Positions 9,277 through 19,750 are shown, numbered from the stretch's first letter. The stretch: DNA of 32,000 bases from an archaeon (GCA_035357435.1 DAOPNM010000001.1:1-32000), one strand, 5' to 3'. The notes: generated by a model from the sequence alone, not told the origin. Made by a program: numbers and translations.

Positions 9277-10002
9277 ATGAAGTTATTTATGGCTACAAAA
9301 GATGCATTTAATAAATATGTTAAAAATTATAAGTTGGTTTTAGCATATAGTGTATTATTTATATTCCTATTATTTATAATTGACCCTTTGTTTAAAATGT
9401 ATGGTGGGGGAATTAATTTAACATATAATATTTTTGGCACAAACTTTCTTGCAATTGTTTTAACATTAATTTCAGTGTTACTTCTAATCTTTGTATTTAG
9501 TTTAATACAAGCAGCATTAATCCACAAAGTTACAGACGATTATTTTGTTGGGAGAAGAATACATTTACAAGAGATTAAAACTTCTTTTTTGAAATTATTT
9601 AAATTTAATGGAATTACATTTTTATTAATATATATTGTATCTTTAATTTTGTATGATTTATTTTTATTAAATAACATAATTGTTTCATTAATATTTTTTG
9701 GAATTGCCTTGCTATTATGGTTTACACCACAAGCAATTGTTATTGAGAAAGACAATGTGGGTGTAAGTATGTTGTTCAGTATAAAATATTTAAAAAATTG
9801 GAAAGATGCATTATTAGTTTTTGTAACAACATTCATTTTAACATTTATTAGTATTTTATTAGATGTAGTTATTGGAGGGATTGTTGGGCCAATTTTGTCT
9901 ATATTATTTTTCACATTGTTTGTTATACCATATATAGAGATATTAAAAACGGATCTATACCTTTCAAAATATAGATTATTAAAACCAATGGGGAGGAGAT
10001 AA
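9277..10002 (+). CDS. Hypothetical polytopic membrane protein
   Basis: 241 aa with ~6 hydrophobic helices and no recognised motif. Immediately upstream of the Lrp/AsnC gene and probably co-transcribed with it. Confidence 0.5.
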   Translation: MKLFMATKDAFNKYVKNYKLVLAYSVLFIFLLFIIDPLFKMYGGGINLTYNIFGTNFLAIVLTLISVLLLIFVFSLIQAALIHKVTDDYFVGRRIHLQEIKTSFLKLFKFNGITFLLIYIVSLILYDLFLLNNIIVSLIFFGIALLLWFTPQAIVIEKDNVGVSMLFSIKYLKNWKDALLVFVTTFILTFISILLDVVIGGIVGPILSILFFTLFVIPYIEILKTDLYLSKYRLLKPMGRR

Positions 10003-10005
10003 GTA

Positions 10006-10476
10006 ATGCAAGTAATTGATAAAATAGATAAGCACATAATTGAACAGTTAATTGTCGATGGAAGAATGACATTTGCAAATATTGCAAAAGATATAAATTT
10101 AACAGATGTTGCAATTAAAAAAAGATTAGACAGATTAAAACAGAAAGGGATTATAAAAAATATTTATGCAGAAATAGATTATAAAGTTATTGGGTTTACC
10201 GAAGATCTTATTGTGTTAATAAATGCAGAGCCTACAAAAACAAATAATGTTATTAAAAAATTAAATGATATAGATAATATAATAAAATTGTATGGAGTCA
10301 CCGGAGAATACAACCTTGTTGCACAACTTATTGCAGAAGATAAAGAGAATCTTCAAGAGTTATTAAATTCTATTAATACTATTGATGGAATATTAAAAAT
10401 AACAATCTTAACTGTTTTAAAGGAATATAAGAATAGTAAGAATGTACCAAATAAAATAATACAAACTACATTTTAA
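10006..10476 (+). CDS. Lrp/AsnC-family transcriptional regulator
   Basis: N-terminal HTH (DGRMTFANIAKDINLTDVAIKKRLDRLKQKGIIK) followed by an RAM/AsnC_trans_reg-like C-terminal domain. Confidence 0.85.
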   Translation: MQVIDKIDKHIIEQLIVDGRMTFANIAKDINLTDVAIKKRLDRLKQKGIIKNIYAEIDYKVIGFTEDLIVLINAEPTKTNNVIKKLNDIDNIIKLYGVTGEYNLVAQLIAEDKENLQELLNSINTIDGILKITILTVLKEYKNSKNVPNKIIQTTF

Positions 10477-10487
10477 TATTGAATAAT

Positions 10488-12569
10488 ATGCATATAATAA
10501 TTGCAGAAAAACCAATTGCAGGAAAAAGAATAGCAAGCATTTTGTCTAATGATGATTTTGAAACAACACAAGAGAAAGGTTGTACTTTTTTTTCATTTAA
10601 AAAAAATGGGGAAGATTACATATTAATCCCATTACGTGGGCATATAAACACTGCTGATTTTCTTGAAGAAGACCATTATTGGAGTGTTAATGGTTTAAAA
10701 CAATTAATCGATAAAAAGATAATTTATAAACCTGTAGAAAAACAAATTGTGTCTTTATTAAATACAAAACGAGACGGATTAAAAGAAATAATTATTGCAA
10801 CAGATGCAGATAGAGAAGGAGAAGCAATTGGTGTTGAAGCTTATAATTATGTTGTAGAAAAAAATAAAAACCTAAAAGCAAAAAGAGCATATTTTAGTGC
10901 ATTAACAGAAAAGGATGTAAACACTGCTTTCTCAAAACTTAGAGATATTGATTTTAATTGTGCAGATTCTGTTTTTGCAAGAGAAGAAATTGATTTGTTG
11001 TGGGGTGCAATACTTACAAGATATCTATCAATAGTTTCAAACAGGATGGGCAAACAATTTTTGTCAGCAGGAAGAGTGCAAACTCCATTATTAAATTTTA
11101 TTGTAAATAGAGAATTGGAAAGAATAAATTTTGTTCCACAGAAATATAGAGTTATACAAATTGTTTTTGAAAAACAAAAAATTAAATTTGAAGGAACACA
11201 TAAATTAGGGAAAATTTTTGATTTAGAAAAAGCAGACGATATATTTAAGAAAATAAAGGATGCAAAAGAAGGGCAAGTTAAATCAATTACAAAAACAGAA
11301 AAAATATTACCACGGCCACCCCCATTTAATACAACTAGTTTTTTAAGAGCAGCAAATGCCTTAGGTATTGGTACAAATCAAGCAATGACTATTGCAGAAA
11401 ATTTATATCAAGAAGGATTAATTAGTTATCCAAGAACAGACAACACAGTTTATCCAAAAACAATTGATTTAAAAGAAGTTTTGTTAAAAATAAACGCAAG
11501 CAATGAATACAAAAAGTATGTTCAAGAAATTCTTAAAAAACCACTTAATCCATCAAAAGGAGAAAAAGAAACAACAGATCACCCTCCAATTTACCCAGTA
11601 GGTTTTTCAAATAAATTAAGTGGGGTACAAGAAAAAATATATGACTTGATTGTAAGAAGGTTTCTTGCAACATTATCCACATCTGCAAAAACCGAAAATG
11701 TCTCTGTAACTATTGATGTAAATGGAGAACCATTTTCTTCTACAGGGCAAACAATTTTAGAACTTGGATGGAAAGAGATTTATTATTATTCACAACTAAA
11801 TGAAGTAATTCTTCCAAAATTAGAGAAAGGAGAAAAAGTATCAATTATTGATAAAAAATTAGAAAAAAAGGAAACAACACCTCCACCACATTATACAGAA
11901 GGGGGGTTAATTAAATTAATGGAGGAAGAAAATCTAGGTACAAAGTCAACAAGACCAACAATTATACAAAAATTGAAAGATAGAAAATATATTATAGGAA
12001 CAAAGAATGTTTCTCCAACACCAATTGCAATTTCTGTATGCAGTGTATTGAACAAACATTGTGATGTAATTACAAAACCAGAACTGACTGCAAGCCTAGA
12101 AAAAGATATGGACTTAATTGCAGCAGGGAAAAAACAAAAAATAGAAGTTGTTAATGAGAATAGAGATATTTTACAAAAAGTAGTAGATATTTTAATAAAA
12201 GAAAAAGATGCAATCTCACAGGAATTAAAAGGTGGCATAAAGGAAGCGTCTTTTATAGGCATCTGCCCAACATGTGGTAAAAAATTAATGATTAGACATG
12301 GAAGAACAGGAAAACAGTTTGTTGGATGTGAAGGATATCCAAAATGTACAACAACTTACCCATTGCCACAAAAAAAAAATATTAAACCACTAAATACTAA
12401 TTGTGAAGTGTGTGGTGCACCAATGATTGAAGTAACAGGTGCCAGGGGAAGAACATTTCAAATGTGTTTAAATCCAAAATGTAAAACAAAAGAAGAATAT
12501 TTTGCCAAAAAAGAACAACAAAAACAAATAAAAAAAACAAAAAAAATTACGAAAAAAACAAAAAAATAG
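10488..12569 (+). CDS. topA: DNA topoisomerase I (type IA) with two C-terminal zinc ribbons and a Lys-rich tail
   Basis: Toprim motifs (IIIAEKP, ATDADREGE), active-site Tyr context GLISYPRTDN, and the ribbons CPTCG...CEGYPKC and CEVCG...CLNPKC. I prefer the ATG at 10488 to the track's TTG at 10479. Confidence 0.93.
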   Translation: MHIIIAEKPIAGKRIASILSNDDFETTQEKGCTFFSFKKNGEDYILIPLRGHINTADFLEEDHYWSVNGLKQLIDKKIIYKPVEKQIVSLLNTKRDGLKEIIIATDADREGEAIGVEAYNYVVEKNKNLKAKRAYFSALTEKDVNTAFSKLRDIDFNCADSVFAREEIDLLWGAILTRYLSIVSNRMGKQFLSAGRVQTPLLNFIVNRELERINFVPQKYRVIQIVFEKQKIKFEGTHKLGKIFDLEKADDIFKKIKDAKEGQVKSITKTEKILPRPPPFNTTSFLRAANALGIGTNQAMTIAENLYQEGLISYPRTDNTVYPKTIDLKEVLLKINASNEYKKYVQEILKKPLNPSKGEKETTDHPPIYPVGFSNKLSGVQEKIYDLIVRRFLATLSTSAKTENVSVTIDVNGEPFSSTGQTILELGWKEIYYYSQLNEVILPKLEKGEKVSIIDKKLEKKETTPPPHYTEGGLIKLMEEENLGTKSTRPTIIQKLKDRKYIIGTKNVSPTPIAISVCSVLNKHCDVITKPELTASLEKDMDLIAAGKKQKIEVVNENRDILQKVVDILIKEKDAISQELKGGIKEASFIGICPTCGKKLMIRHGRTGKQFVGCEGYPKCTTTYPLPQKKNIKPLNTNCEVCGAPMIEVTGARGRTFQMCLNPKCKTKEEYFAKKEQQKQIKKTKKITKKTKK

Positions 12570-12581
12570 GCAAAATTTTTT

Positions 12582-12595
12582 AAATCTTGGTACAT
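12582..12595 (+). repeat. Degenerate copy of the 3'-end motif (AAATCTTGGTACAT, then CTCTTTTTT)
   Basis: Begins 13 nt after the topA stop. It shares the AAATCTTGG..ACA core with the variant at 23634-23646 and the downstream CTCTTTTT with copy 3. It has a one-base insertion relative to the consensus. Confidence 0.4.
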
Positions 12596-12664
12596 CTCTT
12601 TTTTATTTTTTGTGCTCGTTTATATACTTATAAAAGTTTTTTAAATAAAAAAATGTGATTAATT

Positions 12665-14860
12665 ATGGAAAAAGCAATATTAACAATAAAAGAAACAAAC
12701 ATACAAGATGTTGGAAAAGGAATTGCAAAGATAGACCCATTAGTTTTTGAAAAATTAAAATTAAGTACAGGAGATGTTATAAAAATACAAGGAACAAAAA
12801 CAGCATTAGCGTATGTTGTTAAAGGTAAAATTGAAGATACTGGTATGAATGTAATTAGAATAGATGGCGGGATAAGATATAATGCAGGGGCGTCTATTGG
12901 AGAAGAAGTCACAATAGAAAAAACAAACACATTGCCTGCACAAACAGTAAATCTTTCACCTGTAATTGATAAAAATTCAAAAATTGAATTAAGTGAAGAT
13001 ATTAAAGCTTATATTAAGGAAAGGTTAATAAATTTAAATGTTATAGAAAACAATATTGTAAAAATACATGGCCTACCTATTTTAACACCTGATGGTTATA
13101 GAGACCTACAATTGCTTGTAACAAAAACATTGCCAAAAGGCGCAGTAAAAATAACAGAGGATACAAAATTGATTATATCTGAAAAAGCAGAAGAAGTTTT
13201 TAAAGCAAGTATTACTTATGATGATGTTGGTGGTTTAAAAAAAGAAATAGAAGCAATTAGAGAAATGGTAGAATTGCCTATTAAAAGACCAGAGATTTTT
13301 AAAAAATTAGGAATATCTCCACCTAAAGGAGTTTTATTGTATGGGCCACCAGGCACAGGAAAAACATTACTTGCAAAAGCAGTTGCTGGAGAAACAGATT
13401 CTCATTTTATTACAATTAATGGCCCAGAAATTGTAAGTGGAGTTTATGGGAAAAGTGAAGAAAATTTAAGAAACATTTTTAAAGAAGCAGAAGAAAAGGC
13501 ACCAACAATAATTTTTATAGATGAAATTGATGCCATTGCACCAAAAAGAGAAAACATTTATGGAGAAACTGAAAAAAGAATTGTTGCACAATTGTTAACA
13601 TTAATGGATGGATTGAACACAAGAGGAAATGTAGTAGTGATTGGTGCAACAAACATCCCAGATGCAGTAGATCCTGCATTAAGAAGACCTGGAAGATTTG
13701 ATAGAGAATTAGAAATTATGGTTCCAGATAAAGAAGGGAGAAAGGAAATATTGTTAATACATACAAGAGGTATGCCATTAAAAGATGTAAACATTGATGA
13801 ACTTGTAGAACTAACCAATGGCTTTTCTGGTGCAGATTTAAATATGCTTTGTAAGGAGGCCGCACTAAAAGCAATAAAAAGATTAATGCCTAAAATAAAT
13901 AAAGAAACTGGAAAACATTTATCAAGAGAAATCATGGATGAACTAGTAATAACACATCAAGATTTTTTAGATGCATTAAACCTCGTTGAACCATCAGCAC
14001 TTAGAGAAGTACAAGTAGAAATACCTAATGTGAAATGGGAAGATATTGGTGGATTAGAAGAACAAAAACAACAACTTAAAGAAATGGTTGAATGGCCTTT
14101 AAAATATGGAGATGTTTTTAAAAAAATAGGAATCACCTCACCAAGAGGTGTTTTATTGTATGGCCCACCAGGCACAGGAAAAACATTACTTGCAAAAGCA
14201 GTTGCTACAAACTCTAATGCAAATTTTATACCTGTTAAAGGTCCAGAATTACTTAATAAATATGTTGGAGAAAGCGAAAGGAGAGTAAGAGAGATATTCA
14301 AAAAAGCAAGGCAATTAGCACCATCAATCATATTTTTCGATGAAGTAGATGCATTAACAAGAACAAGATTTGCAGGAGATACAACAAACGCAGAAAATAA
14401 TGTTGTTGCACAGATTTTAACAGAAATGGATGGTATTTCACAACTAAAAGATATAATAATTATAGGTGCAACAAATAGAAAAGATATGATAGACCCTGCA
14501 TTTTTAAGACCAGGAAGATTCGATATATTATTACCAATACCATTGCCAGATGAAAAAACCAGAGAAAAAATTTTTGAAGTTTATCTTAAAAAATTAAATG
14601 TAGAACAAAACATCTCAGCAAAAGAATTAAGTAAATTAACACCAGAGGCATCAGGTGCAGAAATAGAAGCTATATGTAGAGAAGCAGGAATGTATGCAAT
14701 AAGAAAAATAATATCTGAAAAAGAAGGAAAACTAAAAGAAGAGAAGAACATAAAAATTACAAAAGAAGACTTCAAAAAAGCAATAGATAAAATTTTAAAA
14801 AAGGAAAAACAAACAAAAGAAAAAGGAAGTCAAGATAAAACAAATAAAAGTATTGTTTAA
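12665..14860 (+). CDS. cdc48: CDC48/VCP-type AAA+ ATPase (two AAA domains)
   Basis: CDC48 N-domain ([25 protein letters not shown]), two Walker A motifs (GPPGTGKT), Walker B motifs IIFIDEIDA and IIFFDEVDA, and SRH regions. Confidence 0.95.
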   Translation: MEKAILTIKETNIQDVGKGIAKIDPLVFEKLKLSTGDVIKIQGTKTALAYVVKGKIEDTGMNVIRIDGGIRYNAGASIGEEVTIEKTNTLPAQTVNLSPVIDKNSKIELSEDIKAYIKERLINLNVIENNIVKIHGLPILTPDGYRDLQLLVTKTLPKGAVKITEDTKLIISEKAEEVFKASITYDDVGGLKKEIEAIREMVELPIKRPEIFKKLGISPPKGVLLYGPPGTGKTLLAKAVAGETDSHFITINGPEIVSGVYGKSEENLRNIFKEAEEKAPTIIFIDEIDAIAPKRENIYGETEKRIVAQLLTLMDGLNTRGNVVVIGATNIPDAVDPALRRPGRFDRELEIMVPDKEGRKEILLIHTRGMPLKDVNIDELVELTNGFSGADLNMLCKEAALKAIKRLMPKINKETGKHLSREIMDELVITHQDFLDALNLVEPSALREVQVEIPNVKWEDIGGLEEQKQQLKEMVEWPLKYGDVFKKIGITSPRGVLLYGPPGTGKTLLAKAVATNSNANFIPVKGPELLNKYVGESERRVREIFKKARQLAPSIIFFDEVDALTRTRFAGDTTNAENNVVAQILTEMDGISQLKDIIIIGATNRKDMIDPAFLRPGRFDILLPIPLPDEKTREKIFEVYLKKLNVEQNISAKELSKLTPEASGAEIEAICREAGMYAIRKIISEKEGKLKEEKNIKITKEDFKKAIDKILKKEKQTKEKGSQDKTNKSIV

Positions 14861-14880
14861 AAAGAACAAAATAACACGTT

Positions 14881-14893
14881 ATTTCTTGGACAT
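14881..14893 (+). repeat. Copy 4 of the motif (ATTTCTTGGACAT, 12/13)
   Basis: Begins 21 nt after the cdc48 TAA stop. It is the inverted partner of copy 5, 73 bp away. Confidence 0.55.
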
Positions 14894-14966
14894 GATTATA
14901 ATTATATATAATTAAATAATACTAAAAAAGAAAATATAAGATAATTTCCAAAATAGCAATATAGTT

Positions 14967-14979
14967 GTGTCCAAGAAAT
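14967..14979 (-). repeat. Copy 5 of the ATTTCTTGGACAC motif (sense on the minus strand)
   Basis: Plus strand reads GTGTCCAAGAAAT, an exact reverse complement. It lies downstream of the minus-strand csp gene (176 nt from its stop). Confidence 0.55.
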
Positions 14980-15154
14980 CTTGCTTTTTGTTTGTTTTAG
15001 ACAGATAAAATAATTATAGTTTAATAGATGTTGCCTGATAACACCCACATAATAATAGCATGTTAAATAAATTAAAAAAAATAAAGAAAAAAAGAAATCT
15101 ATAAATAGATAAAAATAAAAAAATAAGAAAAAGAATTAACAAATTTAGAAAAAA

Positions 15155-15346
15155 TTAAATGACTTTAACTTTTACTGCTTTTGCTCCTCTTTCATCATTT
15201 GTAACTTCAAAAGATACTTTTGTACCTTCTTTTACATTAGATTTATTTTCTAAACCTGATTCATGTACAAAATAATCTTTGCCATCTGTTCCAGTTATGA
15301 AACCAAATCTTTTTTTGAAGTTATAAAATTTTATTGTGCCTTCCAT
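15155..15346 (-). CDS. csp: Cold-shock domain protein (bacterial CspA-type)
   Basis: 63 aa. MEGTIKFYNFKKRFGFITGTDGKDYFVHESGL contains RNP1-like (K/R)FGFI and RNP2-like YFVH motifs. Length is typical of single-CSD proteins. Confidence 0.88.
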   Translation of the reverse strand: MEGTIKFYNFKKRFGFITGTDGKDYFVHESGLENKSNVKEGTKVSFEVTNDERGAKAVKVKVI

Positions 15347-15469
15347 TTTTGTATCACTTTGTTATTTTTTACTATTGTTTTGTTTTTGTATTTGTATGAT
15401 TGTGTTTTGCCAATAGTTGTATATATATAAATAACAATAATATTATAAATGGATTGGATCACAAAAAAA

Positions 15470-17113
15470 TTATTTGCTTGATGAAAAATTAGATTTTATT
15501 TGTGTTAAGAATTCAATAAATAATGGATGAGGGTATAGCAGTTTTGATTTTAATTCTGGATGGGATTGCGTAGCAATGAAAAAAGGATGATCTTTTAGTT
15601 CTATAAATTCTACTAACGCACCATCAGGGCTAGTACCACTAATGATTAATCCATTTTTTTCTAATACTGAATGGTATTTGGGGTTTACTTCATATCTGTG
15701 TCTATGTCTTTCACTTATTTTTTGTGAGTTATAAATTTGCATAATTTTTGTACCATCTTTTAAAATTATGTCATATGCCCCCAATCTCATAGTACCACCT
15801 AGTTCTTTTTGTTTTTGATTTGGTAAGATGTCTATTACTGGATAAGGGGTATTTGGATCAATCTCAGTAGTGTTTGCATCTTTTAAACCACATACATTTC
15901 TTGCATATTCTACAATTGCCAATTGTAAACCATAACATAATCCTAAAAAAGGAATTTTGTTTTCTCTTGCATATTTTATAGCATTGATTTTCCCATCTAC
16001 GCCTCTTGATCCATATCCACCAGGAACAATAATTCCATTTAATTTTTTTAGTTGATCAGAAGTTATTTGTGCAGCATCAATATATTCAATATCTATTGGG
16101 CAATTGCAAACTGCAGAGGCATGTGTTAGTGCTTCTGTTATAGATACATATGAATCTTTTAAGGTGGTATATTTCCCACATATTCCTATTTTTAGTTTGC
16201 CTGTATTTTTGTTTAGTTCATTTATTTTATTTATTTTATCAATATATTTTTGAATATTTTTGTTTGGTTGAATATTAAGTTTCTCACAAACAATTTTGTC
16301 TAAATTTTGTTGTTTAAAGATAATTGGGATTTCATAGATGTTGTCAGTGTCAATTCCAGAAATAATATGATTTTCATCTAATTGTGAAACAATAGATAGT
16401 TTTTCTTTTGCTTGTTTGTTAAGATATCTATGTGTTCTACAAATAATTATGTCAGGTTTTATTCCTCTTCGAAATAATTCTTCTAAGGCATTTTGTGCAG
16501 GTTTTGTTTTTTGTTCTTCACTTTTGTATAGTTCTGGAATATAGGTTATATGAATGTTGATTATGTTCCCATCTTGTTTTTGTATAATGTTTTTTATAGC
16601 GTAAATAAATAGTTCATTTTCAATATCTCCAATAGTCCCACCAATTTCAAGAAGAACAATGTCTGCGTTGTTGTCTATTGTAGTTTTTAATATTTTATAT
16701 TCTATATAGTCACTAACTTCTGGAATAAGCTTTACTGTTTTTCCAAGAAATTCGCCTTTTCTTTCTAAGTCAATTATTTCTTTATAGATTCTACCCATGG
16801 TAATATTTTCATCTTTATGACAAGAGATATTCAGAAATCTTTCATAATGCCCAAAATCCATATCTACTTCTGTCCCATCATCAAGAACAAATACTTCTCC
16901 GTGTTCTATAGGGTTCATTGTCCCTGGGTCAAAATTAAGGTATCCATCACATTTTATAGGAAATTTTTTTAATGTATCATCAACTAACAAACCAACACTT
17001 GCAAGAGCTACACCTTTTCCTAATCCTGATAAAACTCCACCAGTAACAACAATAAATTTTGTATTTTTGTCATGTATTTGCTTATGAAGTTCATTTAGTT
17101 GATCACGATACAT
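15470..17113 (-). CDS. pyrG: CTP synthase
   Basis: N-terminal synthetase motif VTGGVLSGLGKG, GATase domain with GLCYGLQ (catalytic Cys), and HRHRYEVN. Confidence 0.95.
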   Translation of the reverse strand: MYRDQLNELHKQIHDKNTKFIVVTGGVLSGLGKGVALASVGLLVDDTLKKFPIKCDGYLNFDPGTMNPIEHGEVFVLDDGTEVDMDFGHYERFLNISCHKDENITMGRIYKEIIDLERKGEFLGKTVKLIPEVSDYIEYKILKTTIDNNADIVLLEIGGTIGDIENELFIYAIKNIIQKQDGNIINIHITYIPELYKSEEQKTKPAQNALEELFRRGIKPDIIICRTHRYLNKQAKEKLSIVSQLDENHIISGIDTDNIYEIPIIFKQQNLDKIVCEKLNIQPNKNIQKYIDKINKINELNKNTGKLKIGICGKYTTLKDSYVSITEALTHASAVCNCPIDIEYIDAAQITSDQLKKLNGIIVPGGYGSRGVDGKINAIKYARENKIPFLGLCYGLQLAIVEYARNVCGLKDANTTEIDPNTPYPVIDILPNQKQKELGGTMRLGAYDIILKDGTKIMQIYNSQKISERHRHRYEVNPKYHSVLEKNGLIISGTSPDGALVEFIELKDHPFFIATQSHPELKSKLLYPHPLFIEFLTQIKSNFSSSK

Positions 17114-17118
17114 ATTAT

Positions 17119-17176
17119 CATCTTTTTTTATTTTTTATTTAAATGTGCATCTTTTTTTATTTTTTATTTAAATGTG
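17119..17176. repeat. Perfect 2 x 29-bp tandem duplication (CATCTTTTTTTATTTTTTATTTAAATGTG)
   Basis: Units 17119-17147 and 17148-17176 are identical base for base. Unit 2 contains the last two codons and the stop of nrdJ. On the minus strand each unit carries TTTAAATA. Unit 1 ends 6 nt upstream of the pyrG ATG. Confidence 0.9.
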
Positions 17177-19750
17177 AAGGTCACAAGAGCCAGTATACCC
17201 GCAATTTAATGAACATTGCGTACAGCCCCCAACTTTGACAATTGTCCCTTTTTTACAATTTGGACAAATATCTCCAACATTTGTGCCTATTTTTTGTTGT
17301 GGGGTATCTTTAGTTTGCGATTGTTCATTTATTGCCGTTATAGATTTTCTTTTTTTTGAAGATTCCTCATTTTTTTTTTCTTGCTCTTTGTTTAATGTTA
17401 ATACTTGCGCATCTCTACTAGAGTCTCTATATACTGTAATCCCTTTACATCCAAGATCATATGCTAGTTCATAAATTTTTTTTGTGTCTTCTATTGTGAA
17501 ATTTGCAGGAACATTTACAGTCTTACTGATAGATGAATCTGTCCATCTTTGAATAGCTGCTTGCGTTTTTACATGTTGTTCAGGTGTTAAGTCCATTGCA
17601 GTAACAAAATAATCAGGAAGTTTATTGTTTTTTAAATAGTCTCCAACAATAGGTACATTTTCTTCATAAAAACCTAATCTAGATTGTCTATAATATTTGA
17701 ATGCATAGTATGGTTCAATACCTGTTGATGTGCCTAACATTGTACCAACTGTACCTGTTGGTGCTTGTGTTACAAGGCACACATTCCTTATACCATTTTG
17801 TTTTATTTTCTCTCTTATTTCTTTTGGCATTTCCATCATAAATCCACTTGCTAAAAATTTTTCTGCATCAAATTTAGGGAATACTCCTTTTTCTAATGCT
17901 AATTGTGAGGATGTAAAATACATTTCACAAGTGATTGTCATATATAGTTTATCAATAAATTTCATGCATTCTGGGGAACCATATTTTATTCTTAATTTAA
18001 TTAATAGTTCTGCTAATCCTAATGTTCCACCACCAATTCTTCTTTCTGCTTTTTGCACTCTTTTGTTTTTTTCATAAAAATAAGGTGTAAGGTCTATTAT
18101 GTTGTCTAAAAATCTAGTAAGGATCCTTGCAGAATATTTTAATCTATCCCAGTTCATTTGATAAACTGGGCCTTCCTCATCTTCCCCTATTTTGTCTAAA
18201 AAAGATGAAAGATAAAGATGGCCTAAGTTACAAACACCCCATGGTGGCAATCCTTGTTCTCCACAAGGGTTTGTTGCAACAATTTTGTTGTAGTAATATG
18301 AATTACTTAATTTATTATATCTATCAATAAATACAACACCAGGTTCTGCACTTTCCCAAACAGAGGTAATTATTTTGTCCCATAATTCTCGTGCATTTAT
18401 TGTTTTGTAAATTACTGTAGGGTATCCTTTACTCTTCCAAAGGTTTAAATCCCCATCCCATTCTTCATTATAGATGTCATAATATCTTTCATTTTCATAA
18501 TCAGGAAATTCTAAATTCCAGATTTCATTGTTTTTTACTGCTTTCATAAAAGCATCCGAAATCAATATGGAAATGTTTGCATTTTCTAAAATTCCAGAAT
18601 TTTTTTTTGCAAATATAAATTCTAGAATATCTGGGTGCCAATCATTTAACATTAACATTAATGCACCTCTTCTAGACCCACCTTGTTCAATTAATCCTGC
18701 CATATAAGAATATAAATCCCCAAAAGATACTGCACCTGATGATCTTCCTTGAACAGTTTTTACAAATGCATATTTTGGTCTTAAAGAGGATAAGGAAAAT
18801 CCACAACCTCCCCCTCTTGAAAATATTTCTGTCATATATTTTAGTTGATCAATTATTCCTTCTCTTGAATCTTCAGGAGATGGTAGAACATAACAATTGT
18901 ATAGTGTTAGTTTTGAAGTATACCCCAATTCACCAACATTTGCACCAGCCATTATTCTCCCAGCTGGTTGAATGTGTTGATTCTTTAGTTCACTATAAAA
19001 TATTTCATACCATTTCTGTTTAAGATAATCTTCTTTTTCTACACTCGCAACAGCTTTTGCAACTCTTTTGTATGCACCATCTGCAGATTCAATTGGTTTT
19101 TCACATTTATATTTTTCTATTTCAAATTCAAAGTTGTTTGAAGGATCTGCATACGGTCCAGTTAACATATATAGTGTCAAAATGTTTTTTTCAGAAATTT
19201 TTTTTACAACACCAATATCTTTTCTTGGGAATTTAGGATCTTCTTTTGTAAGTGTAACTACAAGATCCCCTTCTTTTATATCGTCATGTGATGTTTTTAA
19301 AGAATATCTGTCTAAAAAAATTATTTTCCCTAAACCAGAAAATTGTTGTGAGTTGTTTAAAATATCTATGGCTTGTTTACTTGTATTAATACCTTTTTCT
19401 TTTAGTAATTTTATTTCAGGAGAGTCCTCTGTTTTTTGTGTTGTTTCTCTAAGTTTTCTTCTTTCTTCTCTGTATAATATATATTCTTTTGCAACATTTG
19501 GAAGGTTGCTGTTCATTAAAACAAATTCAATAACATCTTGAACATCTTCTACACTTGGAACTTCTCCTCTATATTTTGATTCTAATATAAGCACAACTTT
19601 TTCAACTAATGAATCTAAGAGCGATTCATTAACTTCATCAACAGCTTTCATTGCTTTATAAATTGCATCTCTTATTTTGTTTTTATTAAATTCAACAACT
19701 TCGCCAGTTCTTTTTTTTATATGCGTAATTTTAATTATTTTCGTAAGCAT
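17168..19750 (-). CDS. nrdJ: Adenosylcobalamin-dependent (class II) ribonucleotide reductase with an N-terminal ATP-cone and a C-terminal Cys-rich zinc-ribbon tail
   Basis: ATP-cone (IKKRTGEVVEFNKNKIRDAIYKA), RNR core motifs (NPCGEQ, active-site Cys context TNPCGEQGLPPWGVCNLG, SSISKTVN) and the tail CPNCKKG...CTQCSLNCGYTGSC. Confidence 0.9.
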   Translation of the reverse strand: MLTKIIKITHIKKRTGEVVEFNKNKIRDAIYKAMKAVDEVNESLLDSLVEKVVLILESKYRGEVPSVEDVQDVIEFVLMNSNLPNVAKEYILYREERRKLRETTQKTEDSPEIKLLKEKGINTSKQAIDILNNSQQFSGLGKIIFLDRYSLKTSHDDIKEGDLVVTLTKEDPKFPRKDIGVVKKISEKNILTLYMLTGPYADPSNNFEFEIEKYKCEKPIESADGAYKRVAKAVASVEKEDYLKQKWYEIFYSELKNQHIQPAGRIMAGANVGELGYTSKLTLYNCYVLPSPEDSREGIIDQLKYMTEIFSRGGGCGFSLSSLRPKYAFVKTVQGRSSGAVSFGDLYSYMAGLIEQGGSRRGALMLMLNDWHPDILEFIFAKKNSGILENANISILISDAFMKAVKNNEIWNLEFPDYENERYYDIYNEEWDGDLNLWKSKGYPTVIYKTINARELWDKIITSVWESAEPGVVFIDRYNKLSNSYYYNKIVATNPCGEQGLPPWGVCNLGHLYLSSFLDKIGEDEEGPVYQMNWDRLKYSARILTRFLDNIIDLTPYFYEKNKRVQKAERRIGGGTLGLAELLIKLRIKYGSPECMKFIDKLYMTITCEMYFTSSQLALEKGVFPKFDAEKFLASGFMMEMPKEIREKIKQNGIRNVCLVTQAPTGTVGTMLGTSTGIEPYYAFKYYRQSRLGFYEENVPIVGDYLKNNKLPDYFVTAMDLTPEQHVKTQAAIQRWTDSSISKTVNVPANFTIEDTKKIYELAYDLGCKGITVYRDSSRDAQVLTLNKEQEKKNEESSKKRKSITAINEQSQTKDTPQQKIGTNVGDICPNCKKGTIVKVGGCTQCSLNCGYTGSCDLHI

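Noticed and set aside
17119-17176. CRISPR array or minisatellite interpretation of the tandem repeats at 17119-17176 and 20361-20396.
   Set aside because: Each has only two directly abutting units with no spacers, and no cas genes are in the window. These are simple tandem duplications.
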